Source of the DNA: an uncultured Phycisphaerales bacterium
GTDB taxonomy: Bacteria; Planctomycetota; Phycisphaerae; Sedimentisphaerales; Anaerobacaceae
Length of the DNA: 64,000 nucleotides
NCBI GenBank assembly: GCA_963718665.1
Contig: OY970359.1
Coordinates: 960,001-1,024,000 of the forward strand
Reading direction: 5' to 3'
Under the pieces are notes generated by a model that saw only the letters and a program-made list of their open reading frames with translations, searched no databases and was not told the origin of the DNA. The position numbers and the translations under genes were made by a program. Shown here one piece after another: positions 1 through 10,224 of this stretch (position 1 is its first letter; each line of letters begins with the position of its first letter).

Positions 1-2
1 GG

Positions 3-374
3 CCCGAGTTCCTCAACCGCGTTGATGATATAATCGTCTTCAAGCCGCTATCGAAGGAGAACCTGCAAACGATAGTCGATTATGAGCTTAGCAAGGTATT
101 CAAACGGCTGACCGAGCACGGTTTCAAACTCGAACTGACCGACCGCGCCAAGGAATTCATAATCGAGAAGGGCTATAACCCTGAATTCGGCGCAAGACCT
201 TTGCGAAGGGCAATCGAGCATTACATAGAAGACCCGTTGTCGGAAGCTGTGCTGCGAGGCGAATTCAAGGGCAAAAACACCATCAAAATCGACGTGCTTG
301 ACGAAGACCATCTCAAGCTCGAAGGCGTTGAAGTGCCTCAGCCGGAAAAAAGCGACGAGAAGGCAGTCGTCTAA
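3..374 (+). CDS. ClpC/ClpB-family AAA+ chaperone, C-terminal end (partial, runs off window start)
   Basis: Frame from position 3 reads PEFLNRVDDIIVFKPL...GYNPEFGARPLRRAIE, stop TAA at 372-374. Not in the ORF track because the start is missing. Confidence 0.92.
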   Translation, partial: PEFLNRVDDIIVFKPLSKENLQTIVDYELSKVFKRLTEHGFKLELTDRAKEFIIEKGYNPEFGARPLRRAIEHYIEDPLSEAVLRGEFKGKNTIKIDVLDEDHLKLEGVEVPQPEKSDEKAVV

Positions 375-412
375 ATCGGAACCTGAACGTAAAACCTCGC
401 CTGAAAATACGC

Positions 413-874
413 TCAAAAGCGATTTTGAGGCGTCATTTCAAGCTCCATTTGGGTTTGCTGCGGCGCGAGAAGTTTGTCGAATCTTGCCTTGTCCATCCAC
501 TCGATACGGCCGTCATATCGAAGCACAATCACGCCCGTTTGATGAGAAAAAAGAGAATGATAATCCTTATTAACATAGGCAAGAATCGTTTCAGGCGGCG
601 AATCAATTGTTATCCACCTTGCCCGGTAGTTCAGATTACCGAGGCGGGGCTCCCCAGCAAAGGTTTTTATAATCCCGTCCACATACGATTCAGGCGGCAC
701 TGAACCGGTTTTCCCCCTGTATTCCGTGACCGCCTTTTGAAGCTGTTCCATCGCCCGCATCGCTTCGGAGCGATTCACCCAGTTTTTCAGCTCTATCATT
801 CCAAGAACTGCTGCGGCAGTAATCATGATTACCAATGCGAAATTTGTCAGAACCCATTTCTGTTGTCTGTTCAT
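413..874 (-). CDS. Hypothetical protein with N-terminal transmembrane helix
   Basis: 153-aa ORF, hydrophobic FALVIMITAAAVLGMI, 11 bp downstream of the rnhA-purN fusion. Confidence 0.7.
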   Translation of the reverse strand: MNRQQKWVLTNFALVIMITAAAVLGMIELKNWVNRSEAMRAMEQLQKAVTEYRGKTGSVPPESYVDGIIKTFAGEPRLGNLNYRARWITIDSPPETILAYVNKDYHSLFSHQTGVIVLRYDGRIEWMDKARFDKLLAPQQTQMELEMTPQNRF

Positions 875-885
875 AATCTACCCGT

Positions 886-1956
886 CTATTTTTTACCCTG
901 GGGTAAAACTTTTACTCGCCCGCCTTCAACAACCAATCTGCCCTCTGCGAACAACTGAATTGCTTGCGGATAAGCGATACACTCCTGTTCAAATACTCTC
1001 GCGGCCAGCGTGTCTGGCGTGTCGTCATCCTTCACGGGGCAGCACCGCTGAACGATAACAGGCCCGTTGTCGTATTCGTTTGTGCAGAAATGCACGGTGC
1101 AGCCGCTGACTTTGCAGCCGGCTTTCAAAACCGCTTCGTGAACATGATGTCCCCACATACCCTTGCCGCCGAAGCTTGGCAAAAGCGCGGGATGTATATT
1201 CATCACCCTGTTCTCAAACCGGGCAGGAATTTTCCAAAGGCAAAGCCAGCCGCCTTGCACAACAAGCTCGACCTTGGCGGCGACCAGCTCCCGTTCAATA
1301 CGTTTGCTGAACTCATTTATATCGGGATGGTCCTTTGTCCGAATGATTTTAACGTCTAAACCGGCGGTTTTGGCCCTTTCGACGCCGGCAACGGCTGAAC
1401 GCGAGCTTATAACTACAGCCACCTCGGCATCGAGCTTGCCCTGCCTGATACAATCAACAATGTTTATCAGCGTTGTGCCGCCCCCGCTTATCAAAACGCC
1501 GATACGCACGGGCTTTGCTTTTTTTGCTTTTTCAACCTTCATTTCAACGTCTTTTTTACCATTCATGGCGCGATTTACAAGTCCGTCGGCTTTTTTATTG
1601 TCCTCCCTGAAGATATGCCTGACCTGCCAGCTCTCGAATTCTGCAAGCATTTCGACGGCCCGGTCGAAGAGCGGCCTTATCTGTTCGCTTTTCACCTTGT
1701 ATTGACCATTGAGCTGCCTGACTAATAACTCGCTGTCACTGTAAACGGTGATTTGTCTTGCACCGAGAGACCTGGCCGCCTCAAGCGCCTTGTGAATAGC
1801 GGTATATTCGGCAAAGTTGTTGGTCGCTTCGCCGAGGAAAAATGCTTTGGCCTGTAATTGTTTTCCCCGTGAGTCAGTAAGCACAAACGCCGACGCGGCA
1901 GGACCCGGATTACCTCTGCTTCCTCCGTCTATATGAGCGATTACACTCTCCGCCAA
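886..1956 (-). CDS. purN: Ribonuclease HI fused to phosphoribosylglycinamide formyltransferase
   Basis: RNase H motifs IDGGSRGNPG, TNNFAEY, YSDSEL, REDNKKAD; PurN motifs VLISGGGT, NIHPALLP, GCTVHF, YDNGPVI. GGAGG RBS upstream. Confidence 0.9.
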   Translation of the reverse strand: MAESVIAHIDGGSRGNPGPAASAFVLTDSRGKQLQAKAFFLGEATNNFAEYTAIHKALEAARSLGARQITVYSDSELLVRQLNGQYKVKSEQIRPLFDRAVEMLAEFESWQVRHIFREDNKKADGLVNRAMNGKKDVEMKVEKAKKAKPVRIGVLISGGGTTLINIVDCIRQGKLDAEVAVVISSRSAVAGVERAKTAGLDVKIIRTKDHPDINEFSKRIERELVAAKVELVVQGGWLCLWKIPARFENRVMNIHPALLPSFGGKGMWGHHVHEAVLKAGCKVSGCTVHFCTNEYDNGPVIVQRCCPVKDDDTPDTLAARVFEQECIAYPQAIQLFAEGRLVVEGGRVKVLPQGKK

Positions 1957-2055
1957 TGTATTGCCTCCACAATTTACTTTGAATTGAGAATTTAGAATTT
2001 AAAACCCAGCCGACGTTTGTCTTTCTGAATTCTTAATTCCCAATTCTTAATTCGT

Positions 2056-2790
2056 TTACTCCTGCGTGGAACCGAGCACCAGTATTCGCGTGCAGTTGGC
2101 ACAGCGGATTATATCGTCCTTGGTCATAAGCTGGTTAACACACTCGTTGGTAACACCCATAAAGCATCCGCCGCAGGTATAAGCGCCCGTCCTGCCCTGG
2201 TTCTGTTCGATAACCGCGACCGCTTCCCCGTCGTATGTATCCGCAACGCGTTTGAAAATCTCCAGATGTTCAGCCGGCACGTGCGTGGCGGCCTCGTCCC
2301 ACTCTGACTGAATCTGGTCCGTCTCGGCTTCGTACTTGGTCGCTAATTGCTCCGACTCTTTGCGTATCTGTTCGAGTTTTCCTTTTTGCTCGTCAATCTG
2401 CTGCTGAATCTTCTGTATCTCGGCGTTATCAACCTCGATATCCTTCATCAGCTCGAGAATCTGCGACTCGATTTTGGAATTGTCTGCCCGCGTCGTGTTC
2501 AACTGGGTCAATACAGCCGCGTATTCCTTGTTGGTCCGGGCGGTATTTAGCGACGCTCTAAGCTTGGCAATATCCGCGTCGCGGGTTTTAAGCTCAAGCT
2601 CGAGACGGTCCGATTGGATCGTTGTGAGCTGAATTTCTTCTTTCTTTGCTTCGAGGCCGTTTTGAAGTGTGCGAATCTGATTTTCCTGTATGATGACGTT
2701 TCTTCTGCACCTGGCAAGCTTCGCTTTGGCCGCTCGAAGACGGTTCTCCACGCTCTGAAGCTTTATCAGCGCCTGTAATACCGAGCCCAT
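2056..2790 (-). CDS. Coiled-coil C4 zinc-ribbon protein (CT398/zf-RING_7-like)
   Basis: Long coiled coil, KEY motif, C-terminal CGGC...CANCTRIL. A common neighbour of RNase H genes. Confidence 0.85.
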   Translation of the reverse strand: MGSVLQALIKLQSVENRLRAAKAKLARCRRNVIIQENQIRTLQNGLEAKKEEIQLTTIQSDRLELELKTRDADIAKLRASLNTARTNKEYAAVLTQLNTTRADNSKIESQILELMKDIEVDNAEIQKIQQQIDEQKGKLEQIRKESEQLATKYEAETDQIQSEWDEAATHVPAEHLEIFKRVADTYDGEAVAVIEQNQGRTGAYTCGGCFMGVTNECVNQLMTKDDIIRCANCTRILVLGSTQE

Positions 2791-2930
2791 CTATTACCTT
2801 TCAAAATTGCACACCATGTATGTTCAGCTTTATAATTATGCGCGACTTCGTCGATTGCTGCAACCGGTTTTATGATATTTTTTTCGCCGGACATCACATC
2901 ACCCGCCAGTCCCAAATCGCCGAAGTCGGC

Positions 2931-3137
2931 TTAAAATTTCGCCTCGCCGCACCACCAGTCCTCGCCGGTAACCGGAAAGCCGCGATTCGATACCTCACAA
3001 AAGTTCTGATATACCCGCCCGGTAAAAAATACCGACGGCGGATACCTGCGGCATTCACCCCGCAGCACCTTTGCCCCCTGCTCTGCAAGCTGACTCCACC
3101 ACTTGCAATCCTTGCAAAATGTATAAGTGTGTTTCAT
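2931..3137 (-). CDS. Small Cys-rich hypothetical protein
   Basis: CKDC...GECRRYPP...FPVT..WWCGE pattern; GAAGAGG RBS before ATG. Confidence 0.65.
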   Translation of the reverse strand: MKHTYTFCKDCKWWSQLAEQGAKVLRGECRRYPPSVFFTGRVYQNFCEVSNRGFPVTGEDWWCGEAKF

Positions 3138-3286
3138 TTCCTCTTCCCGAAACGAAATTTCGCTATATTAATTTTTCAATCAAGCAGCAAAACACAAACT
3201 TGGGCGACTTAATTATAGGACTATTCCGGCGAAAAAAGCAATGGGGAACCAGGAAAATTCTTTTAAAACGCTAATAGTTTTTCGGC

Positions 3287-3637
3287 TTATGCCCGCAAAC
3301 CGCGACAGAGCAACTCGATGTCTCTGGCGACAATATCCGCTATTACCGGGTCGCCGGCAGCGTTAAAACCTTCTGAGAAGCCATATCTGCTTAGGAATGG
3401 CTTCTTTTCAGCCGGTGCGGAACCTCCAGGCCCTCTGCGACGCTCGGCGGTAAGCCGGCGATGTTCCACCATTATGTCTTCGGCAAGGTCAAAATGCGGG
3501 ATATCAGTATTACTAACGCCATCGCCTTTGCCCGCTGGGCCGGCAGTGCCTGGTATTATGTCCTTAGCCCGCAGAATATCCTGTATGCGAGAGGTTTTGA
3601 AGTCATCGGCTTGTCTGTCTTTTTCGGCCATTTGCAA
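3287..3637 (-). CDS. Hypothetical protein
   Basis: 116-aa ORF (IPHFDLAEDIM, IADIVARDIE); start uncertain. Confidence 0.5.
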   Translation of the reverse strand: MQMAEKDRQADDFKTSRIQDILRAKDIIPGTAGPAGKGDGVSNTDIPHFDLAEDIMVEHRRLTAERRRGPGGSAPAEKKPFLSRYGFSEGFNAAGDPVIADIVARDIELLCRGLRA

Positions 3638-3882
3638 TTTATCCCGTCTCTGCCAATTTATCTATTTTAACAGTCGGACAGGCAGGATTCAAGCGGGAAT
3701 AACCAAAAACGGGGTAATCTCTCGGGCAAAAAAATAAGGGCCTGCCCTTTGTAGCGCAACAAAAAAGGGCCTACCCTCCACGCAGGCCCTCGGATATTTA
3801 TCGGCTCTGGAATAATTGCTTAGCGATTTTTCGACCGATTTGACAGGTGACTTTATGGCTATCAATTATGAATCCGAAATTT

Positions 3883-5109
3883 TTAGCTGTTTTGTGCCGG
3901 GGCTAAGGAGAACTGGGCAAATTCGCCAAGGGGATAATCTTTCAGAAGGGTATTTATCTCGGCGACAGTAACCGCCTTAATCGCTTTTACGTCCTCTTCT
4001 ATTTTGCGATACCGGCCAAGATACATCCAGTTGGAACCCAGTACATCTAACCGACTCATAGGCAACTCGTTCTTTATCACCAGTGAGCTTAGGGCCTTGT
4101 TCTTGGCCTTGGTCAATTCGTCTTCTGTAACGCCTGTTTTCGTCAGGTCGGCAAATATCCTGCTTATGATTTCCATCGCTTTGGCGGTATTTTCGCTGCT
4201 GCAACGGATATATGTGTAATTTGCGCCTGTGCCGTCCATCGGTGAAAAACCCAGGGACGCCGTTTCGACTATCGCTTTATCGACAAGCTCCCAGAAAAAT
4301 CTCGACCCGACGTCATCGCCTACAATCATACTCAAAAGTGCAGCGGCGAACCGTTTATCGCTCTGTGCGCTTACCGACGGACTCATAAGGCAAACGTGTT
4401 CGCGAGAAAGGTTGGCTTTCTCTAAGCGTTTTTTGTCTCTTCCGCCGCGAGTATCTGTGATTTTTCTTCCCACTTCAAAGCTTTCCCATCCGGAGCAACC
4501 CGCCTCGATTATGTCGCGAATCGCCTCCCAGTCAAAATTGCCCGCGAACGCCGCGACCATATTATTCGGTGCGTATCGCTGAGAGAAATATCCACGCATC
4601 TGCTCAGCTGTCATCGCATCTATACAATCTTCGCTTCCGAGGACACTGTGCCCACAGGGATGCCCCGCGAAATAAAGCTCTCGGCACCTGTCCATAACAT
4701 CGAAACTGGGTATATCCTTATACCTCGCGATTTCTTCCTTGATGACATTTTTTTCCATGTTGAAATCTTCTGTGCGCAGTGCGGGCCTCATCATCTCTAT
4801 CCAGAGTTGCGTTATTTCCGCCAAGTATTCAGGCAAAACCGCAGCATAGTAAACCGTGTTTTCCTCGCCGGTTCCAGCATTACACATAGCCCCCACTTTA
4901 TCGAAGGCCTCGTTGACAGCGGCGTAACTGAGCCGTTCGGTGCCCTTGAAAATCATATGTTCGAGAAAATGTGACACGCCGTTGATTTTCAAATCCTCAT
5001 CGCGTGAGCCGGTCTTCACAAAAAAACCGACGGCGGTCGATTTGGCGCTTTTATTTACCTCGCCGATAACCGTCAGTCCGTTTTTTGATTTATGAATCTT
5101 AAATTCCAT
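3883..5109 (-). CDS. M16 (pitrilysin-family) zinc peptidase, catalytic subunit
   Basis: Inverted zincin motif HFLEH, EKNVIKEE, HPCGHSVLG. Confidence 0.93.
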   Translation of the reverse strand: MEFKIHKSKNGLTVIGEVNKSAKSTAVGFFVKTGSRDEDLKINGVSHFLEHMIFKGTERLSYAAVNEAFDKVGAMCNAGTGEENTVYYAAVLPEYLAEITQLWIEMMRPALRTEDFNMEKNVIKEEIARYKDIPSFDVMDRCRELYFAGHPCGHSVLGSEDCIDAMTAEQMRGYFSQRYAPNNMVAAFAGNFDWEAIRDIIEAGCSGWESFEVGRKITDTRGGRDKKRLEKANLSREHVCLMSPSVSAQSDKRFAAALLSMIVGDDVGSRFFWELVDKAIVETASLGFSPMDGTGANYTYIRCSSENTAKAMEIISRIFADLTKTGVTEDELTKAKNKALSSLVIKNELPMSRLDVLGSNWMYLGRYRKIEEDVKAIKAVTVAEINTLLKDYPLGEFAQFSLAPAQNS

Positions 5110-5116
5110 ATCTTTA

Positions 5117-6352
5117 CTATCCGACCTTCACTTCCTTCGGGCCAATTGTTACGACCGTAAAATCCCTGAAGCGATTTTCTCGCAGGAACGTCAGCACTGA
5201 ATCGACGCTTGTCTTGTCGATTGCTTTTTTGATTTCGTCGAGAGAGCGGACTTTACCGAGCATATAATAATCGCCCGCAATTGAGCCCGCCCTGCTGCTG
5301 GATGATTCGCTTTGCATAATAAGCGATGATTTCAGGCCGGCTTTGGCTCGCCCAAGCTCATCTTCGCTGATGCCTTCAGCAAGACGATTGAATTCCGTAA
5401 CTATCACGTCGTATGCCTGTTGCGCCTTATCCGGCGTCGTGCCGGTGTAACAGGCAATTCCCGCTGATTCCTTCATCGCGTGATATTGTGCGCCAACGGC
5501 GTAGCAAAGCCCGCGTTTTTCCCTGACCTCGGTAAACAACCTCGCACCCATCCCGCCCGACAGCACCGCTACGGCGATACGCGCGTTATAATAATTCTTG
5601 TCCTGCACAGCAACGGTCGGCGTCATAAGCCCGATATGCACCTGCGCCCCATCATTGGGAATATGTTTATAGCGTCCGCCAGCTGCACCTGTCTTAAGCG
5701 ACCTGAATCGTTTGCCGGTCTTCGCGCCAAATATCTTTTCAACCTGGCGCACAACCGCGTCAAAATCATATTTCCCTGCGACCGAAAAAATCATCTCAGC
5801 GGGATTGAATCTCTCGGCGATAATTTTCTTGGTCGTTTCGGGCGTAAGCGATTCGAGGTCCGCAATCTCGCCCGCGGTGCTCCTGCCTAACGGCTCCGGA
5901 TAAAACTGCTCGCGCAATTTCAGCATAACCTTATGCCCTGGGTCATCATCAAGCCCCTTTACTTCTTCGATTGCGAGCTGCCTGGCCGGGATAAACTGCT
6001 CATCCTCGAGTTTTGGGTTAAGTATTATATCGCCGTACAAATCAATCGCCGCAGCCAAGTTGCTCGCCTCCAGGGCCGCGCCGATTGAGATATTCGCGCT
6101 ATCGACTCCACCACCTGAACGCCGAAGCCCCAGCCCGTCGAGGGCGTCGCCTAACTGCCTGTTGTCCCTTTGGCCCGCGCCGCGGAATATCCAGTCGGCT
6201 ATCACATTGGCCGCCCCGCAGCATCCCGCGGGCATAACCGAAGCGCCGACAGGCAGCATAAAACCAAACGCCACCGACTCCACGGCTTCCATCCGCTCGC
6301 CGAGCAAAACAAGCCCGTTGCTCAGTTTATGTCTGTCGAGTTTTTGTTTCAT
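5117..6352 (-). CDS. M16 peptidase-like non-catalytic subunit
   Basis: RLFTEVREKRGLCY motif, lacks HxxEH, 7 bp from partner gene. Confidence 0.9.
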   Translation of the reverse strand: MKQKLDRHKLSNGLVLLGERMEAVESVAFGFMLPVGASVMPAGCCGAANVIADWIFRGAGQRDNRQLGDALDGLGLRRSGGGVDSANISIGAALEASNLAAAIDLYGDIILNPKLEDEQFIPARQLAIEEVKGLDDDPGHKVMLKLREQFYPEPLGRSTAGEIADLESLTPETTKKIIAERFNPAEMIFSVAGKYDFDAVVRQVEKIFGAKTGKRFRSLKTGAAGGRYKHIPNDGAQVHIGLMTPTVAVQDKNYYNARIAVAVLSGGMGARLFTEVREKRGLCYAVGAQYHAMKESAGIACYTGTTPDKAQQAYDVIVTEFNRLAEGISEDELGRAKAGLKSSLIMQSESSSSRAGSIAGDYYMLGKVRSLDEIKKAIDKTSVDSVLTFLRENRFRDFTVVTIGPKEVKVG

Positions 6353-6474
6353 ATCTCAATCCATTCCGCAAAAGTGCCGGAGATTGTAACCGCCATCAAT
6401 CCCTTTATCAATCATCAATCCTTACTCGCTTTGGCGTTGATATTATTTATCCAGGCCGGTATGCTCTTGGGCTT

Positions 6475-7083
6475 ATGGAAAAAATAAACGCAGTTATTTT
6501 TGACTGGGGCGGTGTCTTAATCGAGGACCCGGCGCCGGCATTATTCAAATATTGCGCAAATGCGCTCGGCGTCAGCGAAGAGCGATACGTAATCACCTTC
6601 GACATCTGTGTGAATGATTTCCAGACCGGCGCAATTACCGAAAACCAGTTCTGGATGAATATGACTGAACGCCTCAATGTGCCGATGCCCAAAGCCGCTT
6701 CCCTCTGGACGGAGGCATTCACCGCAGCATACAAACCAAGGCAGGAAATGTTCTCGCTGGCGTCCCGACTGCGAAGGGCCGGCTGCAAAACCGCAATATT
6801 ATCCAATACCGAAATGCCCGTTGTCGAAATTATAAATAAGAAAAAATACGACGCCTTCGACGTAACAATTCTGTCCTGCCTCGAAGGCACAGCCAAACCC
6901 GGAAGAAAAATTTACGACCTCGCTCTCACCCGGCTCGGTGTTCCGGCCGGACAAACCCTTTTTATCGACGACAAACCCGAGAACATCGACGGGGCAAAAC
7001 AGGCCGGGCTTCAAACAATTCTCTTCAAAACAATCGAAAAGTTAAAAAAAGACATAGCTGGATTTTTCCCGAATATTGTATAA
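6475..7083 (+). CDS. HAD-family phosphatase
   Basis: IFDWGGVL, ILSN, AKPG, FIDD motifs. Confidence 0.9.
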   Translation: MEKINAVIFDWGGVLIEDPAPALFKYCANALGVSEERYVITFDICVNDFQTGAITENQFWMNMTERLNVPMPKAASLWTEAFTAAYKPRQEMFSLASRLRRAGCKTAILSNTEMPVVEIINKKKYDAFDVTILSCLEGTAKPGRKIYDLALTRLGVPAGQTLFIDDKPENIDGAKQAGLQTILFKTIEKLKKDIAGFFPNIV

Positions 7084-7140
7084 TGGTCATAAGCCATAAT
7101 TAACAATAGCCACACCGAGAGTAAAAGGACGGGTAAAATT

Positions 7141-8142
7141 ATGTCGCACAAGATAACTCGTCGGGGCCTCATCGCCGGCTCAATCGTAGGAGCCGCCGGC
7201 TTTGTCGGGCTGGAAGAAAGAATCCTTTTGGCCGCAATGCAGGAGGGCGACCCGAACGCAATAAAACCGCCCCCCATAAATGCAGCCCAAATCCCCACAG
7301 GCAAACTCGGCAACCTTACAATCAGCAGGATGATTCTGGGAGGCAATCTCATCGGCGGCTGGGCACATTCACGCGACCTGATATATGTATCGAAACTGTT
7401 CAAAGCATATAACACCGAAGAGAAAGTATTTCAGACGCTGCATCTCGCGGAGCAATACGGCATCAACACTATCCTCATCGACGTCAGCCAGATGGACATC
7501 GTCAACAAGTACAAAAAGCAAACCAGCGGCAAAATCCAGATGGTAGTAAATGTCAAGCCGCCTGAAGAAAATCCGATTGCCAATATTGACGTGGCTGCGG
7601 ACAAAGGCGCCTCAACGATATACCTGCACGGCGCGGCCGGTGACACCTTCGTGAAACAGGGACATGTAGATATCATTTCGAAAACGCTCGAACACATACG
7701 AAAGAAGGGCTTGCAGGCGGGCGTTGGCTGTCATTCGGTTTACGTCCTGCAGCAGTGCAGGGATGTAAAAATCGAGCCGGATTACTGGGTAAAGACCTTC
7801 CACCACGACAAATACTGGTCGGCTCATCCCAAGGAAAAACGCGAGCCGTTCTCCGTTGACAGTAAACAATCCGACGACCACAATGAAATCCACGACAATA
7901 TGTTTTGTCTTGAGCCACAGGAAACAATCGACTTTTTCAAGACCGAGGAAAAACCCTGGATTGCCTTCAAAACGCTCGCCGCGGGCGCGATATTCCCAAA
8001 GAGCGGCTTCAAATACGCCTTTGAAAACGGTGCTGATTTCATCACCGTGGGTATGTTCGATTTCCAGATTGCCGAAGACACAGCCGCTGTCCGGGAAGTA
8101 CTTGAAAAAACAACGCAAAGACAGCGCCAGTGGCGCAGTTAA
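7141..8142 (+). CDS. Tat-exported aldo/keto-reductase-like protein
   Basis: Twin-arginine leader TRRGLI; ISRMILGGN and AFKTLAAGA motifs. Confidence 0.7.
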   Translation: MSHKITRRGLIAGSIVGAAGFVGLEERILLAAMQEGDPNAIKPPPINAAQIPTGKLGNLTISRMILGGNLIGGWAHSRDLIYVSKLFKAYNTEEKVFQTLHLAEQYGINTILIDVSQMDIVNKYKKQTSGKIQMVVNVKPPEENPIANIDVAADKGASTIYLHGAAGDTFVKQGHVDIISKTLEHIRKKGLQAGVGCHSVYVLQQCRDVKIEPDYWVKTFHHDKYWSAHPKEKREPFSVDSKQSDDHNEIHDNMFCLEPQETIDFFKTEEKPWIAFKTLAAGAIFPKSGFKYAFENGADFITVGMFDFQIAEDTAAVREVLEKTTQRQRQWRS

Positions 8143-8151
8143 AAATTTTAT

Positions 8152-8400
8152 TCACTTTTCCTTTTTATCCGGCTTGTCATCGACCTGCTTATCCGGCCCG
8201 ACGCCGAGTTTTTTCATAAACCTGTCCAGTACGGCCGTCTGCTTATCACTAAGAAACTTCCTGAAAAATAACATTCGGACGCCAATCAGTTCCAATCCAA
8301 TCAACGCGAGCCACGAACCGGGCGTCAGGGGAGTCAATAACGCGAAAACCCCATATATAATCAGAATTACGCCAATTACTTTTTTAATGATTGTCTTCAT
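8152..8400 (-). CDS. Small membrane protein
   Basis: Hydrophobic hairpin G..ALLTPLTPGSWLALIGL. Confidence 0.7.
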   Translation of the reverse strand: MKTIIKKVIGVILIIYGVFALLTPLTPGSWLALIGLELIGVRMLFFRKFLSDKQTAVLDRFMKKLGVGPDKQVDDKPDKKEK

Positions 8401-8481
8401 TTTGCCCGACGATTATAAACCAGCCCACGCAAACGGTCAAAGTTATTGCCAAACGACGCGGTTGTCACTATAAAAGGCGAA

Positions 8482-8901
8482 ATGAACCATCACCTGGCCA
8501 TTTTGAAAAAGCAGTATTTGGACGCAATACTGGCGGGACGCAAAACAATCGAGTCGCGTCTCTACCAGACAAAGCAGAAATGGCTTTCTCAGGTAAACGC
8601 AGGCGACAAAATCTTCCTCAAGGCAAGCTCAGGTCCCGTTATGGCGACGGCAACAGTTGACAAGGTGAAATACTTCGAAAACCTGACCGCCGGGCAAATT
8701 GCGGAAATGCAAAAGCAATACAATCAGCAAATCCTCGGCGACGAGCAATACTGGCGGGAAAAAGCAAAATCGCGATGCGGAATTCTCGTCTGGCTAAAAG
8801 ACATCCGGCCGATTCCTCATCGATTCATAAAAAAATTCGATTGGCGTGCCTGGGTTGTCCTGATGCCAAAAGAAAATTTCGGATTGCTTACCTATAAGTA
8901 A
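8482..8901 (+). CDS. ASCH (PUA-like) domain protein
   Basis: YLDAILAGRKTIESR (GxKxxExR) and GDKIFLK. ATG at 8482 preferred over the TTG at 8446. Confidence 0.85.
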   Translation: MNHHLAILKKQYLDAILAGRKTIESRLYQTKQKWLSQVNAGDKIFLKASSGPVMATATVDKVKYFENLTAGQIAEMQKQYNQQILGDEQYWREKAKSRCGILVWLKDIRPIPHRFIKKFDWRAWVVLMPKENFGLLTYK

Positions 8902-8906
8902 CCCAA

Positions 8907-9521
8907 TTAAAGAATCTTCTCAAGATAAGTCCTTAACGAACGAATGGCATTGCCTCGATGAGAAATGGCGTTTTTTTCTTCGGAGGTCATTTGGGCAACT
9001 GTTTTATTCGATTCCGGCACAAAAAAAATCGGGTCATAGCCAAAACCGTTCTCGCCCGCCGGCTTATCAATAATCAACCCCTCTAATTTCCCCGACATCT
9101 CAATCAAAACCTTTCCCGGGCTTGCTAAGCACAGGCAGCACATAAATCGAGCGGTCCTTTTTTCCTTTGGCACGCCCTCCAGCAGCTTTAAGACCTTGGC
9201 CATATTCTTATGGTCGATAAGTCCTCGATTTGCCTTTTTTGTGCCGTAAAATCTCGCGCTATTCACCCCCGGCTGTCCATCCAGTGCATCAATTACTAAT
9301 CCAGAATCATCCGCAAGAGTCCAAAGGCCGGTTACTTTGGCGTAGCCGATTGCTTTTTTGCGGGCGTTCTCGGCAAATGTTTTGCCGTCTTCCTCAATCT
9401 CGCCCACATTGGGAAAATCCGATAAGCCAACCCATTCGATATCGCCTCCGAGCATCTCTCGCAGCTCTTTGAGCTTCCCCGGATTCGTGCTGGCTACAAG
9501 TATCCTGCATCGGCCTTTCAA
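8907..9521 (-). CDS. rdgB: dITP/XTP pyrophosphatase (HAM1 family)
   Basis: ASTNPGKLKE, ADDSGL, GFGYDPIF, ISHRG. Confidence 0.95.
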   Translation of the reverse strand: MKGRCRILVASTNPGKLKELREMLGGDIEWVGLSDFPNVGEIEEDGKTFAENARKKAIGYAKVTGLWTLADDSGLVIDALDGQPGVNSARFYGTKKANRGLIDHKNMAKVLKLLEGVPKEKRTARFMCCLCLASPGKVLIEMSGKLEGLIIDKPAGENGFGYDPIFFVPESNKTVAQMTSEEKNAISHRGNAIRSLRTYLEKIL

Positions 9522-9532
9522 CTTCCCCCTCC

Positions 9533-10219
9533 TTACAACTTCTTAAGTCTGTCGATCTCGGCCTCAATCTCTTTCAGAACTTCCTTATTCGTAATTTCAT
9601 CATCAATGCTAAAAATAACAAATACTTTCCCCCCGTATTTTCGCTCAAACTCTCTAAAGCTTGCTTTCATTCTCTCCGAAGGTGAATAATTACCGAAATT
9701 TGCTTTGGCGGTTACGGGTTTTATTTGTATGCCAAATGCTTTCTTCCCGACGTAACCCAGATAATCAATATCTCCAGCATGGTCAAGCTCCGGTTCCGAC
9801 TCAACGAATTTGACATCTGAAAGCTTTTTCTCCAAAATTTCGGTTACAACAGATTTTTCTCTATAAAATCCGTCGTAGGTCCTTTTGATGGTTAGGTTGT
9901 AAATATAATCAATGCAATCCTGCAAAGTTAATTGCCTGAACGCTTCCTGCCACTCAGGAATAACAATCTCTGTGATTTTGACATATAATCTTTCACCAAG
10001 CTCCTCAAGTACTTTTTTTGTAATTTTTACAGGATTCTTACCGTCTGTATGCGCTTTTTCGAAATACCACTTTTCCCATTCCTCTATGGTTTTCGGTTGG
10101 CACTCCCTGATTAAAGCCATAACAGTCCCGACTTTGTTGGGCCTGGATAACTGATAGGCCTGACAAGCATAATTTAGCACTTTTTCTTTTTTGCCGAAAT
10201 TTTGCGAATAAGTTTTCAC
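9533..10219 (-). CDS. Type II restriction endonuclease, MjaI-like
   Basis: SRPNKVG, EWEKWY, RTYDG, and the nuclease-like motif DIDYLG...GIQIKP. Directly behind a methyltransferase. Confidence 0.75.
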   Translation of the reverse strand: MKTYSQNFGKKEKVLNYACQAYQLSRPNKVGTVMALIRECQPKTIEEWEKWYFEKAHTDGKNPVKITKKVLEELGERLYVKITEIVIPEWQEAFRQLTLQDCIDYIYNLTIKRTYDGFYREKSVVTEILEKKLSDVKFVESEPELDHAGDIDYLGYVGKKAFGIQIKPVTAKANFGNYSPSERMKASFREFERKYGGKVFVIFSIDDEITNKEVLKEIEAEIDRLKKL

Positions 10220-10224
10220 GCCTG

